Positions 39,204-47,917 of a DNA stretch of 64,000 nucleotides are shown piece after piece. Position 1 is the first letter of the stretch, and every line of letters starts with the position of its first letter. A program made the translations under genes and the position numbers. The stretch lies in sequence record NC_048674.1; one strand, written 5' to 3'. The notes below the pieces were generated by a model. The model was not told where the DNA came from. It ran no database searches and was given only the letters and a program-made list of their open reading frames with translations.

Positions 39204-39778
39204 GTTTAGACTTCCTTGGGCTAGAAACCCCGAATGAACACCGTTTAGCATGGGATAATAAGGATTGGGATAAAGTCAAGGAACTCTGTAACGAGTTTAA
39301 GGTTGATAAAGACAAAAGCTTATTCGAGATAATTAAAAATGTAACCCAGAAAACGGGTTACAAAAATGTCAGGGAATTTGCAGATTACGACCAGTACATG
39401 ATAAACATGATGATATCCCAACACGCACATATGGTTGGTTATGCTTCCGAGCTTAACCAGTGGGCTGGTTGTATCACGGATCAAATGCATTATGATTATC
39501 TGTATCACACCGTAGTTAAATGTCAGTTACCTTTTATGAAGGCTGCTAAAGCTAGTAATGACTGGGATTATATCCTTATCGTAAAGCTCCTAGCTAGACA
39601 CTACAGCGTATCCGATTCCAAGGCTAAGGACTTCATCGAACTTCATGATGAAACGCAACTGAGAGCGATTAAGAAGCTTTACAAGGGTATTGTTACTTCA
39701 CCCGATTGTGATTTTTTGAAGTTTGCACCAAATAAAACAGAAAGAACCCGCCTATATGGCGTGGTCAAGAAATGGTAA
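39200..39778 (+). CDS. 62: clamp loader small subunit gp62
   Basis: SQHA..ASELN..DQMHYDYL, synteny 44-62-regA. Confidence 0.92.
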   Translation: MSLDFLGLETPNEHRLAWDNKDWDKVKELCNEFKVDKDKSLFEIIKNVTQKTGYKNVREFADYDQYMINMMISQHAHMVGYASELNQWAGCITDQMHYDYLYHTVVKCQLPFMKAAKASNDWDYILIVKLLARHYSVSDSKAKDFIELHDETQLRAIKKLYKGIVTSPDCDFLKFAPNKTERTRLYGVVKKW

Positions 39779-39782
39779 AAAT

Positions 39783-40145
39783 ATGATTCGTATCGGTATT
39801 CAGGAAGCAACAGACTTCCTTTCAATTCAAGAAACCCTAACCCGTATCGGTATTGCAAACCGAGAACAAAAAAAGTTGTGGCAAAGTTGTCACATTGTTA
39901 GAAAACATGGTTTCTATTATATTGCTCACTTCAAAGAGCTATTGCGTCGGGATGGGCTTGATGTTGTGATCTCACAAGAGGACATTGACCGTCGTGACGA
40001 CATTACATCTCTTTTAGAAGATTGGGGTTTGTGCTCTATCATAGACCTAATCAATCCACCAAAAGTTTATGAATTTCACATTATCCAACATAAAGATAAA
40101 CCAGATTGGACCTTAAAAAGTAAGTATATTTTCAAGAAAAGTTAA
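39783..40145 (+). CDS. regA: translational repressor RegA
   Basis: ETLTRIGIAN..LWQSCHI..YYIAHFKELL..DG, LLEDWGL. Confidence 0.96.
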   Translation: MIRIGIQEATDFLSIQETLTRIGIANREQKKLWQSCHIVRKHGFYYIAHFKELLRRDGLDVVISQEDIDRRDDITSLLEDWGLCSIIDLINPPKVYEFHIIQHKDKPDWTLKSKYIFKKS

Positions 40146-40154
40146 ACCATCTAT

Positions 40155-40174
40155 GGGGATCTGATAAGATCCCC
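40155..40174 (+). promoter_or_regulatory. hairpin just upstream of the 43A Shine-Dalgarno (candidate autogenous operator)
   Basis: GGGGATCT-GATA-AGATCCCC, no U tract, SD AAGAGG follows. Confidence 0.5.
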
Positions 40175-40193
40175 GTATCTATAAGAGGATTAT

Positions 40194-41717
40194 GTGATGA
40201 ATTTTTATACAAGTGTTTGGCTAGATGGAAATACCATTTACGACCGATATTTCGATGATAACGGTAATGATAAGATCCGAAAGGTTAGATATGAACCAAC
40301 TATGTATCGTCATGTTGGTGACCATATTGATACTCCATATCGGGATATTTTCGGTAAGCGTTGTTTGCCTAAGAAACTAGATTCTGTTAGCGAAGCTAGG
40401 AAATGGTTTAAAGATATGCAGTCTATGGGAAAAGACGTATTGGGTATGGATAATTACACATTCCAATATATTTCTGATACTTATGGTTCTAATGTGTATT
40501 ATGATTATACATATCTTGATATTATGTTTTTGGATATTGAAGTCCCAACCGATGGACCTTTTCCCCAAGCAGAAGAAACGAAGTATGAAATAGATACTAT
40601 TCAGATCTATAGCACCAAATCAAAAAAATATTATATCTGGACTATTCGAGAATGGGATGCATGTAAATCTATTCTAGATAAAAAAGTTCTTGATGATGTA
40701 GAATATGTTTTGTGTGGGTCTGAAAAAGAAATCCTGATTAAGTTCATGCACTTTTTCTGTACGAATACACCCCATTATCTTAGTGGGTGGAATAGTGAGT
40801 TTTTTGATATTCCCTATATCATGGGTCGTATTAAAAAAGTCCTTGGTGAAAAATTTATCCATAAACTGAGTCCATTTGGTGAGACTACAGAGATCACCCA
40901 AAAGGATGACAACGACGAAGATTACACCACCTACACTATCCAAGGTGTAAACTGTGTTGACTTCATGGCAGCATATAAGAAGTTTACTTTTACCACACGA
41001 CCAAACTATAAACTAGATACGATTGCGGAAGCAGAACTTAAAACAAATAAAGTCGAAATGACTTATAAAACCTACTTGATGTTTGCTGAAAAGGATCCAC
41101 AGACTTATATCGATTACTCTATTCGAGACGTTGAAATTATCAAACGACTGGAAGAAACATTGAGTTTGATATTCCTGATTGCGTCTGTATCCTATTATGC
41201 GAGTATCAACGCACCAGACGTATTCAGTCCGTTGAAAACTTGGGATGCTATCATTTATAACAGCCTCCTTGCCAATAACGTAATTATCCCTGAAAACAAA
41301 CATGCCCAACGGTCTAAGTTCGCTGGCGCATATGTTAAGGACCCGATTCCGGGGTTGTATGAGTGGCTTATTTCGTTTGACTTGACTTCCCTTTATCCAC
41401 ACGAAATCATGGGTAAGAATATCTCTCCCGAGACTTTGGTTGATCAGGTTGATTTCCCTCGTATCTTGGTTAAAGACCGTATGGTTCCTGATATCGAGGG
41501 TATGGGTTTGGTTAACAAGACGTTTGATGTTCCTCATGAAGGTAAATATTCCGTCGCCCCAAATGGTGTTCGTTATAGAAATGACAAACGCGGTTTCCTT
41601 CCTATTGAAGTTGAGAAGGTGTTTGTCCAACGGAAACAAGCCAAGACCGAAGAGTTTAAAGCTGATGCCCTTGCAACTAGAGCTGCTGCAATCTTGGCAA
41701 AGAGGAATGATAAATGA
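40194..41717 (+). CDS. 43A: DNA polymerase, N-terminal subunit (exonuclease + palm motif A)
   Basis: FLDIEV, GWNSEFFDIPY, YSIRDV, SFDLTSLYP. Ends in the fingers. Confidence 0.95.
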   Translation: MMNFYTSVWLDGNTIYDRYFDDNGNDKIRKVRYEPTMYRHVGDHIDTPYRDIFGKRCLPKKLDSVSEARKWFKDMQSMGKDVLGMDNYTFQYISDTYGSNVYYDYTYLDIMFLDIEVPTDGPFPQAEETKYEIDTIQIYSTKSKKYYIWTIREWDACKSILDKKVLDDVEYVLCGSEKEILIKFMHFFCTNTPHYLSGWNSEFFDIPYIMGRIKKVLGEKFIHKLSPFGETTEITQKDDNDEDYTTYTIQGVNCVDFMAAYKKFTFTTRPNYKLDTIAEAELKTNKVEMTYKTYLMFAEKDPQTYIDYSIRDVEIIKRLEETLSLIFLIASVSYYASINAPDVFSPLKTWDAIIYNSLLANNVIIPENKHAQRSKFAGAYVKDPIPGLYEWLISFDLTSLYPHEIMGKNISPETLVDQVDFPRILVKDRMVPDIEGMGLVNKTFDVPHEGKYSVAPNGVRYRNDKRGFLPIEVEKVFVQRKQAKTEEFKADALATRAAAILAKRNDK

Positions 41718-42889
41718 ATCTAGATTATACCGATGAACAATTGGAAAATATGACAGACGATGAGCTGAAAAAGCTCATCTCTGACTGTCGGAAATATGAG
41801 AAAGTATGTAACGTAACCCAACAAGCAAAAAAGGTATTGATCAACTCTCTTTATGGGTCTTTGGGTCATCCTGTGGGTCGTTATTATGATCTACGAATGG
41901 CAGAATCAATTACGATGGGTGGTCAGTTATCCATTAAATGGATTGCCAGAAAAACGAACGAGTATTTCAATAAGCTGTGTAACACAGAAGACGTAGATTA
42001 CGTTATCTATTGTGATACCGACTCTCAATATGTTTGTGTTGAAAACTTCGTTAAAATGATGGCAGACAAGAAAGGCGTTAAGATTGAGGATGTTGAACCT
42101 ATTAAATGGGTTGATATGCTTGATAAGTTCGCAAAGAATATGGTCGAGCCATATATCGATGAATGTTATCGCGAACTGAAAGATTACATGAACTATTTCG
42201 ACCATAAATTGTTCATGGACCGTGAAGTAATCGCAACTCGTGGGTTTTGGACCGCTAAGAAACGATATGCTCTATCTGTGTGGGATAACGAAGGTAAGAG
42301 AAAGCTAGACTCTCATGGTAATGTAGTTCCAAAGCTCAAGATTATGGGTATCGAGACACGCCGTAGCAGTACACCACCTTTTGCGTCAGAATGCCTTGAA
42401 AAAGCGATTGACATCATTTTGACTGAGAATGAAACAAATCTCCATGCTCACGTTGACAAGGTAAAGGGTGAATATCCAAAACAGGATTATCGTAAGATTG
42501 CACAAGTAAGTAGCGCAAATAATATTGAAAAGAACTCAGACGAATTTTTCAATCATAAATCTGGTTGTCCCGGTCACGTTAAAGCAGCTATTAACTACAA
42601 CAAGATTTGTGATCAGTTGAAATCAGTATCCTACGTTGACCCAATCCGTTCCGGTGAAAAAATTCAGTATGCGATGTTGAAGGTCCCGAATAAATATCAT
42701 ATCGAAACTATTGCTTGGCCTTCCGGTGATAAGATCCCAGACGAATTCGGAATTAATCCGGAAAAAGATATTGATTTCGTTGGTATGTATTGTAAACACT
42801 TCCAAAAGCCGCTTGGTAATATCTGCGATGCTATTGGGTGGAAACAAGAAAGCCCCGCGAATTTTTCTCTGGATGACTTGTTTGGTTGA
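41714..42889 (+). CDS. 43B: DNA polymerase, C-terminal subunit
   Basis: KVLINSLYGSLG (motif B), YCDTDS (motif C), KKRYAL, clamp-binding tail SLDDLFG. Confidence 0.95.
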   Translation: MNLDYTDEQLENMTDDELKKLISDCRKYEKVCNVTQQAKKVLINSLYGSLGHPVGRYYDLRMAESITMGGQLSIKWIARKTNEYFNKLCNTEDVDYVIYCDTDSQYVCVENFVKMMADKKGVKIEDVEPIKWVDMLDKFAKNMVEPYIDECYRELKDYMNYFDHKLFMDREVIATRGFWTAKKRYALSVWDNEGKRKLDSHGNVVPKLKIMGIETRRSSTPPFASECLEKAIDIILTENETNLHAHVDKVKGEYPKQDYRKIAQVSSANNIEKNSDEFFNHKSGCPGHVKAAINYNKICDQLKSVSYVDPIRSGEKIQYAMLKVPNKYHIETIAWPSGDKIPDEFGINPEKDIDFVGMYCKHFQKPLGNICDAIGWKQESPANFSLDDLFG

Positions 42890-42901
42890 TTTGGAAAATT
42901 A

Positions 42902-42933
42902 AAGGCTATTATATCATGTGGTATAATAGCCTT
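42902..42933. repeat. 12 bp inverted repeat overlapping the -10 of the uvsX promoter
   Basis: AAGGCTATTATA-TCATGTGG-TATAATAGCCTT. Confidence 0.8.
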
Positions 42934-42980
42934 ATCAAAACGCAATAAAACATATATCAAAAATTATAGGAATATTTAAA

Positions 42981-44090
42981 ATGGCTAAAAAAGCAAAAAC
43001 GGTTAATACTGGTGCCCTTCTGGAACGTCTGTCTGGTACTTCCTCAAATAAAATGAGTTCTATGCTATCCGATAGCGTTTTCTTTAACGACAAGGATGTA
43101 ATTCGGACTCGGGTCCCGATCATTAACCTGATGTTGAGTGGTCATCTTGATGGTGGTTTGAAGCCGGGTCTAACTTGTATTGCCGGACCGTCTAAACACT
43201 TTAAATCTAACCTGAGTTTGGTTCTGGTTTCTGCTTATCTTCGTAAGTATCCGGATGCAGTTTGTCTGTTCTTTGATAATGAATTCGGTTCTACTCCTGA
43301 TTATTTTACTTCTCAAGGTGTAGATATTGACCGGGTTGTACATTGTCCGTTTATTGACGTAGAAGAACTTAAATTCGATATCGTTAAGAAACTGGAAGCT
43401 GTCAAACGTGGTGATAAGGTTATTATCTATATTGACTCTATCGGTAACGTTGCTTCTAAGAAAGAACTTGAAGATGCGAAGAATGAAAAGTCTGCACAGG
43501 ATATGACCCGAGCAAAGCAGATCAAGAGTCTGTTCCGTATGGTTACCCCTTACCTGACTGTTAATGACATTCCGTGTATTGCTGTAAACCACACATACGA
43601 AACCCAAGAGATGTACAGCAAAACTGTTATGAGTGGCGGCACCGGACCGATGTATTCCGCTGACACCGTTATCATTCTTGGTAAGCAACAGGACAAAGAT
43701 GGCAAAGAGCTGTTGGGTTATAACTTTGTGATGAATGCGGAAAAGAGTCGCACTATCAAAGAAAAATCCAAATTGGACTTGCAAGTTTCCTTCCAAGGTG
43801 GTATTAATACATACTCAGGTTTGCTAAAGATTGCACAAGAACTTGGTTTTGTTACCAAACCACAAAACGCACGTTATCAGCGCAATTATCTCGACCTCGA
43901 AACTGGTGAGATGTATCTGATCACTGACGATGAAAAGAAATGGACAGAAGAGGATTCCAACTCTCTGGAATTCTGGAAACCTATGTTTTCTCACAAGCCT
44001 TTTATGGATGCTGTGTCTGATGCATACAAACTGAAAGCAGTTGAAGTATCTCAGGAAGTGTTTGATGAAGTTGACCAGTTGTTCGGTTAA
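42981..44090 (+). CDS. uvsX: UvsX RecA-like recombinase
   Basis: AGPSKHFKS, FFDNEFG, IDSIGN, NHTYET, MSGGTG. Confidence 0.97.
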   Translation: MAKKAKTVNTGALLERLSGTSSNKMSSMLSDSVFFNDKDVIRTRVPIINLMLSGHLDGGLKPGLTCIAGPSKHFKSNLSLVLVSAYLRKYPDAVCLFFDNEFGSTPDYFTSQGVDIDRVVHCPFIDVEELKFDIVKKLEAVKRGDKVIIYIDSIGNVASKKELEDAKNEKSAQDMTRAKQIKSLFRMVTPYLTVNDIPCIAVNHTYETQEMYSKTVMSGGTGPMYSADTVIILGKQQDKDGKELLGYNFVMNAEKSRTIKEKSKLDLQVSFQGGINTYSGLLKIAQELGFVTKPQNARYQRNYLDLETGEMYLITDDEKKWTEEDSNSLEFWKPMFSHKPFMDAVSDAYKLKAVEVSQEVFDEVDQLFG

Positions 44091-44131
44091 TATTATTGGG
44101 GCGAAAGCCCCACTTTAAAAAGGATATATAA

Positions 44132-44464
44132 ATGTTAATTGTAACAGAAAAAACTACCGCCGACGAAGTTAGAAAAGAAATAAAATATACAAACCACGAT
44201 TTCGACGTTGAGTCTAGTCATGTTTTGCGGTCTATAATCAATGAGCTTGTTGTTTGTGGTGGTGGAATAACACTAAACATGGATGATTACGTAAATATCA
44301 TCCACAACCACGAAACGAATTTTAATCCTTACCTATGTAATCACACTGTATCATATGTATATTCAAAAATAGTCGAGATATCTAATAATCGATTGCGATC
44401 TTTAGGATATACTGTTATTGAAAATTTCGAGGGAAATTATACAATTAGTTCATATGAGAATTAA
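44132..44464 (+). CDS. hypothetical protein
   Basis: 110 aa AT-rich ORF with SD AAGGA. Confidence 0.65.
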   Translation: MLIVTEKTTADEVRKEIKYTNHDFDVESSHVLRSIINELVVCGGGITLNMDDYVNIIHNHETNFNPYLCNHTVSYVYSKIVEISNNRLRSLGYTVIENFEGNYTISSYEN

Positions 44465-44467
44465 TGA

Positions 44468-44899
44468 ATGAATTTAACAAAAGAAATAGTAGAATTGTTT
44501 ATTAATCTTCGTAACGACTATGGTTTTTATTTGACTCACATCGGAGTTCAGGATACCCCAGTTTCGGCTGCTGTTCATGATTGTTATTTTCATTCCCAAG
44601 GGAGAAAAACCATTGTTATGGAACCAATGAATGGAACTATATTCAATGAGATAAAATATCAATTAAAAGAATTGGGTAATATTTTTGGTGATGAATTCGT
44701 TTTGGCCTCAAATTCAAAATACATAAAACTTGAAAACGAATCGTATTTCGTCTTAGTAAGAGATCCATTAGGACTAAAAGGGTTCTCCTATAGTCATCTT
44801 TTGGTATTAGATGGTTTCCAAAATAAAAAGTATTTTGATGAAATAGTTTATCCTGTTGCAGCCTCTTGTAATGCCAAGGTTAGTATCATCCCTAAATAA
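44468..44899 (+). CDS. hypothetical protein resembling a degenerate terminase ATPase domain
   Basis: IKLENES..LKGFSYSHLLVLDG..YPV..AKVSII resembles gp17 IELDNGS..VRGNSFAMIYIDE..QPV..SKIII. Confidence 0.45.
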   Translation: MNLTKEIVELFINLRNDYGFYLTHIGVQDTPVSAAVHDCYFHSQGRKTIVMEPMNGTIFNEIKYQLKELGNIFGDEFVLASNSKYIKLENESYFVLVRDPLGLKGFSYSHLLVLDGFQNKKYFDEIVYPVAASCNAKVSIIPK

Positions 44900-44940
44900 C
44901 AATGACCTAGGAAACTAGGTCTATTTCTTACAGGTAATAT

Positions 44941-45231
44941 ATGGAAGAAATAAACGAAGATACCTATAAAGATGTAATCAATGACGCATTAAAGAATGTA
45001 CAAACCGAATTGGTTATCCGGATTGATAGTGAGAATTTTCTTGTGTTTATCAACGATATACAGTATCATGATGGAAAGGTTGTATTAGATTGGAGTACTC
45101 CACATGAAGACATGAAGGAAGAACTATATCCACATGTTAAAAATGCAGTACAAGCCATGTATAACCAAACCAATGTTGAGATTGAAAAATCTTTCTTTGG
45201 GCGTTTTCTTGATCTTTTCAAAAGGAAATAA
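44941..45231 (+). CDS. 40: head vertex assembly chaperone gp40
   Basis: NVQTELVI..DGKVVLDW..ELYPHV, synteny uvsX-40-41. Confidence 0.9.
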   Translation: MEEINEDTYKDVINDALKNVQTELVIRIDSENFLVFINDIQYHDGKVVLDWSTPHEDMKEELYPHVKNAVQAMYNQTNVEIEKSFFGRFLDLFKRK

Positions 45232-45232
45232 A

Positions 45233-45748
45233 ATGACAGAACAAACCTGCGACCGTAATGATTGTTATGATGTAACTGGATTTCCAGAGGATACCCTTGT
45301 TACCTTTTGTGCCCCCGACATTTACGGGGACATGAGGGAACAAACATGGACTCTATATCAACTCCTAGAGATTCAACAGGGTAACCGGATCCTTCTAAAG
45401 GGACCGGAAACCGGTAAATACGCAACGATCTTACGTATGGTCGATACGGAGTTCACAGAACCGGTCAACCCCAACGTATGGGAAATCCATATGTCTAACG
45501 GGAAATCTTGGTTGTGTGCAGAGAACCATCAAGTTCTGAGTCTATATGACCGCAAGAGCCCCTATCAGGCGCTATATGCAGCTCAATATTGTACTCCTGA
45601 TGGTGGTGTTGTGAACCGGGTAAAAAGGGTTCGTCAATACAAATATAAGGCTAGGTTCTGGATGCATATCATCACTGAGGACGATGTACCGTTCGTGCTG
45701 AATGATACCGGTATTCTTCATTTTTCCTCACAGAAAAAGGTTGTATAA
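45233..45748 (+). CDS. free-standing Hint (intein-like) domain protein
   Basis: Block A-like GFPEDTLV, block B-like WEIHMSNGKSWLCAENHQVL, block F/G-like HIITEDDVPFVLNDTGILHF. Confidence 0.7.
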   Translation: MTEQTCDRNDCYDVTGFPEDTLVTFCAPDIYGDMREQTWTLYQLLEIQQGNRILLKGPETGKYATILRMVDTEFTEPVNPNVWEIHMSNGKSWLCAENHQVLSLYDRKSPYQALYAAQYCTPDGGVVNRVKRVRQYKYKARFWMHIITEDDVPFVLNDTGILHFSSQKKVV

Positions 45749-45755
45749 ATAATTA

Positions 45756-45801
45756 AAAAGTCGCTTACGTTATGGGATAATCTTTAACGTAAGCGACTTT
45801 T
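45756..45801. terminator. 17 bp perfect inverted repeat between the Hint gene and gene 41
   Basis: AAAAGTCGCTTACGTTA-12nt-TAACGTAAGCGACTTTT then U-rich. TATAAATA at 45744-45751 immediately upstream. Confidence 0.7.
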
Positions 45802-45820
45802 CTTTTTACAGGTGTTTTTA

Positions 45821-47383
45821 ATGAGTATTTCACAAATTATTATCAATAACCTCGTTTTCAACGGCGAGTATTTTGGTAAGGTGTACCCTTTTCTTAAATC
45901 CGAATATTTCTCTAAGGGACCTTATCGTATTGCATTTGACTTGATTGATACATATGCAAAAAAGCATAACAAAGCTCCATCGGTTGCGGCTCTGGATGTT
46001 ATGCTGGAACGCAAACAGAATATGAGTCAAGTAGAGTATGACCAGACTAAAGTTTTGGTATCTCGAATTGAACAAATCCCAGAAGATAAAAACTGGTTGA
46101 TTGAAGAGACAGAATCTTTCTGTAAAGAACGTGCTATCGATATTGCATTATCTGAGTGTATCCAGATCCGTGAAAACTTCGCCAAACCACTGGATGAGCA
46201 AGACCCGAAAATAAAAGATATCGGGGCAATGCAAGAGATCATGAAAAAGGCTATGTCTGTTGGCTTTACTTTTGACGTTGGTCATGATTATATGAACAGC
46301 GCAGAAGAACGTTGGGAAGCATATAACCAAAAGACAAATAAGATCCCGTTCCTGAATCATATGCTGAACCGGATCACCAAGGGTGGGGTTGAACGTGGTA
46401 CGCTTAACGTTATTCTAGCCGGTACTGGTGTTGGTAAGTCTATCGGTCTGTGTCACCTTGCAACCGAGTATATGCAACTCGGGTTAAACGTGTTGTACGT
46501 CTCGTTTGAGATGTCGGAAGAAACTGTAGGTAAGCGTATTGACGCAAACCTAATGGACCTGACTCTGGACGAGCTAGATAGTGGACTTATCCAAAAATCT
46601 GAGTTCATGAACCGGTTCAACAAAAAGGTTGCAGGTAAAAAGCTTGGTAAGCTTTATGTTAAGCAGTTCCCAACATCAGGGGCAAACGTAAACCACATCA
46701 GAAACCTGATGGATGAGCTTGAAATGAAAAAGGGTTTCAAGCCAGATGTTATCATGGTAGACTACCTAGGTATCATGGCTTCGTCCCGTATGAAGTTCTC
46801 TGATAACTCTTACTCTTTCATCAAGGCAATTTCAGAAGAAGTTCGTGGACTTGCTATCGAGAAGAAAATTGTTGCTTGGTCTGGTGCACAAACCAACCGT
46901 GGGTCTTCTGGTTCCCTTGAGATTGACAAAGCTGATATTGCGGATTCTTATGCACTTCTTCATGGTTGCGACTTCGTATTGGCAATTTCAGAAGATGAGG
47001 ATCTGGTGCAGATGGGACAACAGTTGTTCAAGCAACTTAAATCTCGTTATGGTGATATCAACACCCATAATAAATTCTGTATGGTTGTAGAAAAAGCTAA
47101 AATGCGTTGGTCGGATCTCGACGACACAACACCATATACTGTTGTATTCGAAAGAAAGGATCTGGAAGAACGTTCTGATATTCAAGACGATGCAGTTATT
47201 GTTCGTCGTGGTGATGAAATTACTTCTGTTCCGGTTGAAGTTACTCCGGAAGTTGTTGATGAAATTGATACTACTCCGATGGGTAGTTCTATGTTCAAAC
47301 GCCGTATGAGCAAAACCGAAGTTGATTTTAACGACCTTCTGGCAGAACAAACACAAGAAGACGATGTACCTTGGGATAACTAA
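45821..47383 (+). CDS. 41: replicative helicase gp41, no intein
   Basis: AGTGVGKS, SFEMSE, VDYLGI, AQTNR, QLKSRYGD. Confidence 0.97.
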   Translation: MSISQIIINNLVFNGEYFGKVYPFLKSEYFSKGPYRIAFDLIDTYAKKHNKAPSVAALDVMLERKQNMSQVEYDQTKVLVSRIEQIPEDKNWLIEETESFCKERAIDIALSECIQIRENFAKPLDEQDPKIKDIGAMQEIMKKAMSVGFTFDVGHDYMNSAEERWEAYNQKTNKIPFLNHMLNRITKGGVERGTLNVILAGTGVGKSIGLCHLATEYMQLGLNVLYVSFEMSEETVGKRIDANLMDLTLDELDSGLIQKSEFMNRFNKKVAGKKLGKLYVKQFPTSGANVNHIRNLMDELEMKKGFKPDVIMVDYLGIMASSRMKFSDNSYSFIKAISEEVRGLAIEKKIVAWSGAQTNRGSSGSLEIDKADIADSYALLHGCDFVLAISEDEDLVQMGQQLFKQLKSRYGDINTHNKFCMVVEKAKMRWSDLDDTTPYTVVFERKDLEERSDIQDDAVIVRRGDEITSVPVEVTPEVVDEIDTTPMGSSMFKRRMSKTEVDFNDLLAEQTQEDDVPWDN

Positions 47384-47410
47384 ATAAAAGGATACCAAGG
47401 AGGATTTAAC

Positions 47411-47860
47411 GTGAGTATTAAAACTATTATGGACGGGATTTATTCCGTCCGTATGCTAGACCTATTAAGAAAACCATTTCGTAATTGGGAAGCATACAAG
47501 CGCGGTATTATCGACGAAGCCGGTGAGTTTATTAAGAAGCCGGAAACCGTGAGAGAAAAAGCGGCGTATACATCATTTCACGCAGCAATTAGATCACTGA
47601 AAATAAACCTTCAAAAGTATGGGGGTGAGTCGGTATCTAAATCGTTGGCGGTGAAGGCTGGATATGACACTTTAACAGAATCATATGGTCAATCAGAATA
47701 CACGATTGAAATGTTGTATGAAGAGATGATCGCTGGTGATTCCGGGGGTAATGTGACAAACATCGCAACCGGGGTAAAATCTGGTTCTGTTACAGATAAA
47801 GGTCCGACTGTCATGGGGAAGAAAAAAGATCGTCGTAAAATTGAAGTAAAAGCCCCGTAA
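47411..47860 (+). CDS. 61.1: gp61.1-like protein
   Basis: YSVRMLDLLRKPF..W.AYK.GIID..G, EEMIAGDSGG. Confidence 0.85.
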   Translation: MSIKTIMDGIYSVRMLDLLRKPFRNWEAYKRGIIDEAGEFIKKPETVREKAAYTSFHAAIRSLKINLQKYGGESVSKSLAVKAGYDTLTESYGQSEYTIEMLYEEMIAGDSGGNVTNIATGVKSGSVTDKGPTVMGKKKDRRKIEVKAP

Positions 47861-47917
47861 TTGGGGCTTTATTGTTTCTGGTGAGTGTGATATCATAGGT
47901 TGAAAGAGGATTTTTAT

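Noticed and set aside
45821-47383. Intein inside gp41, or a split-intein fractured gene 41
   Set aside because: Helicase motifs are contiguous and the upstream Hint ORF has no helicase extein.
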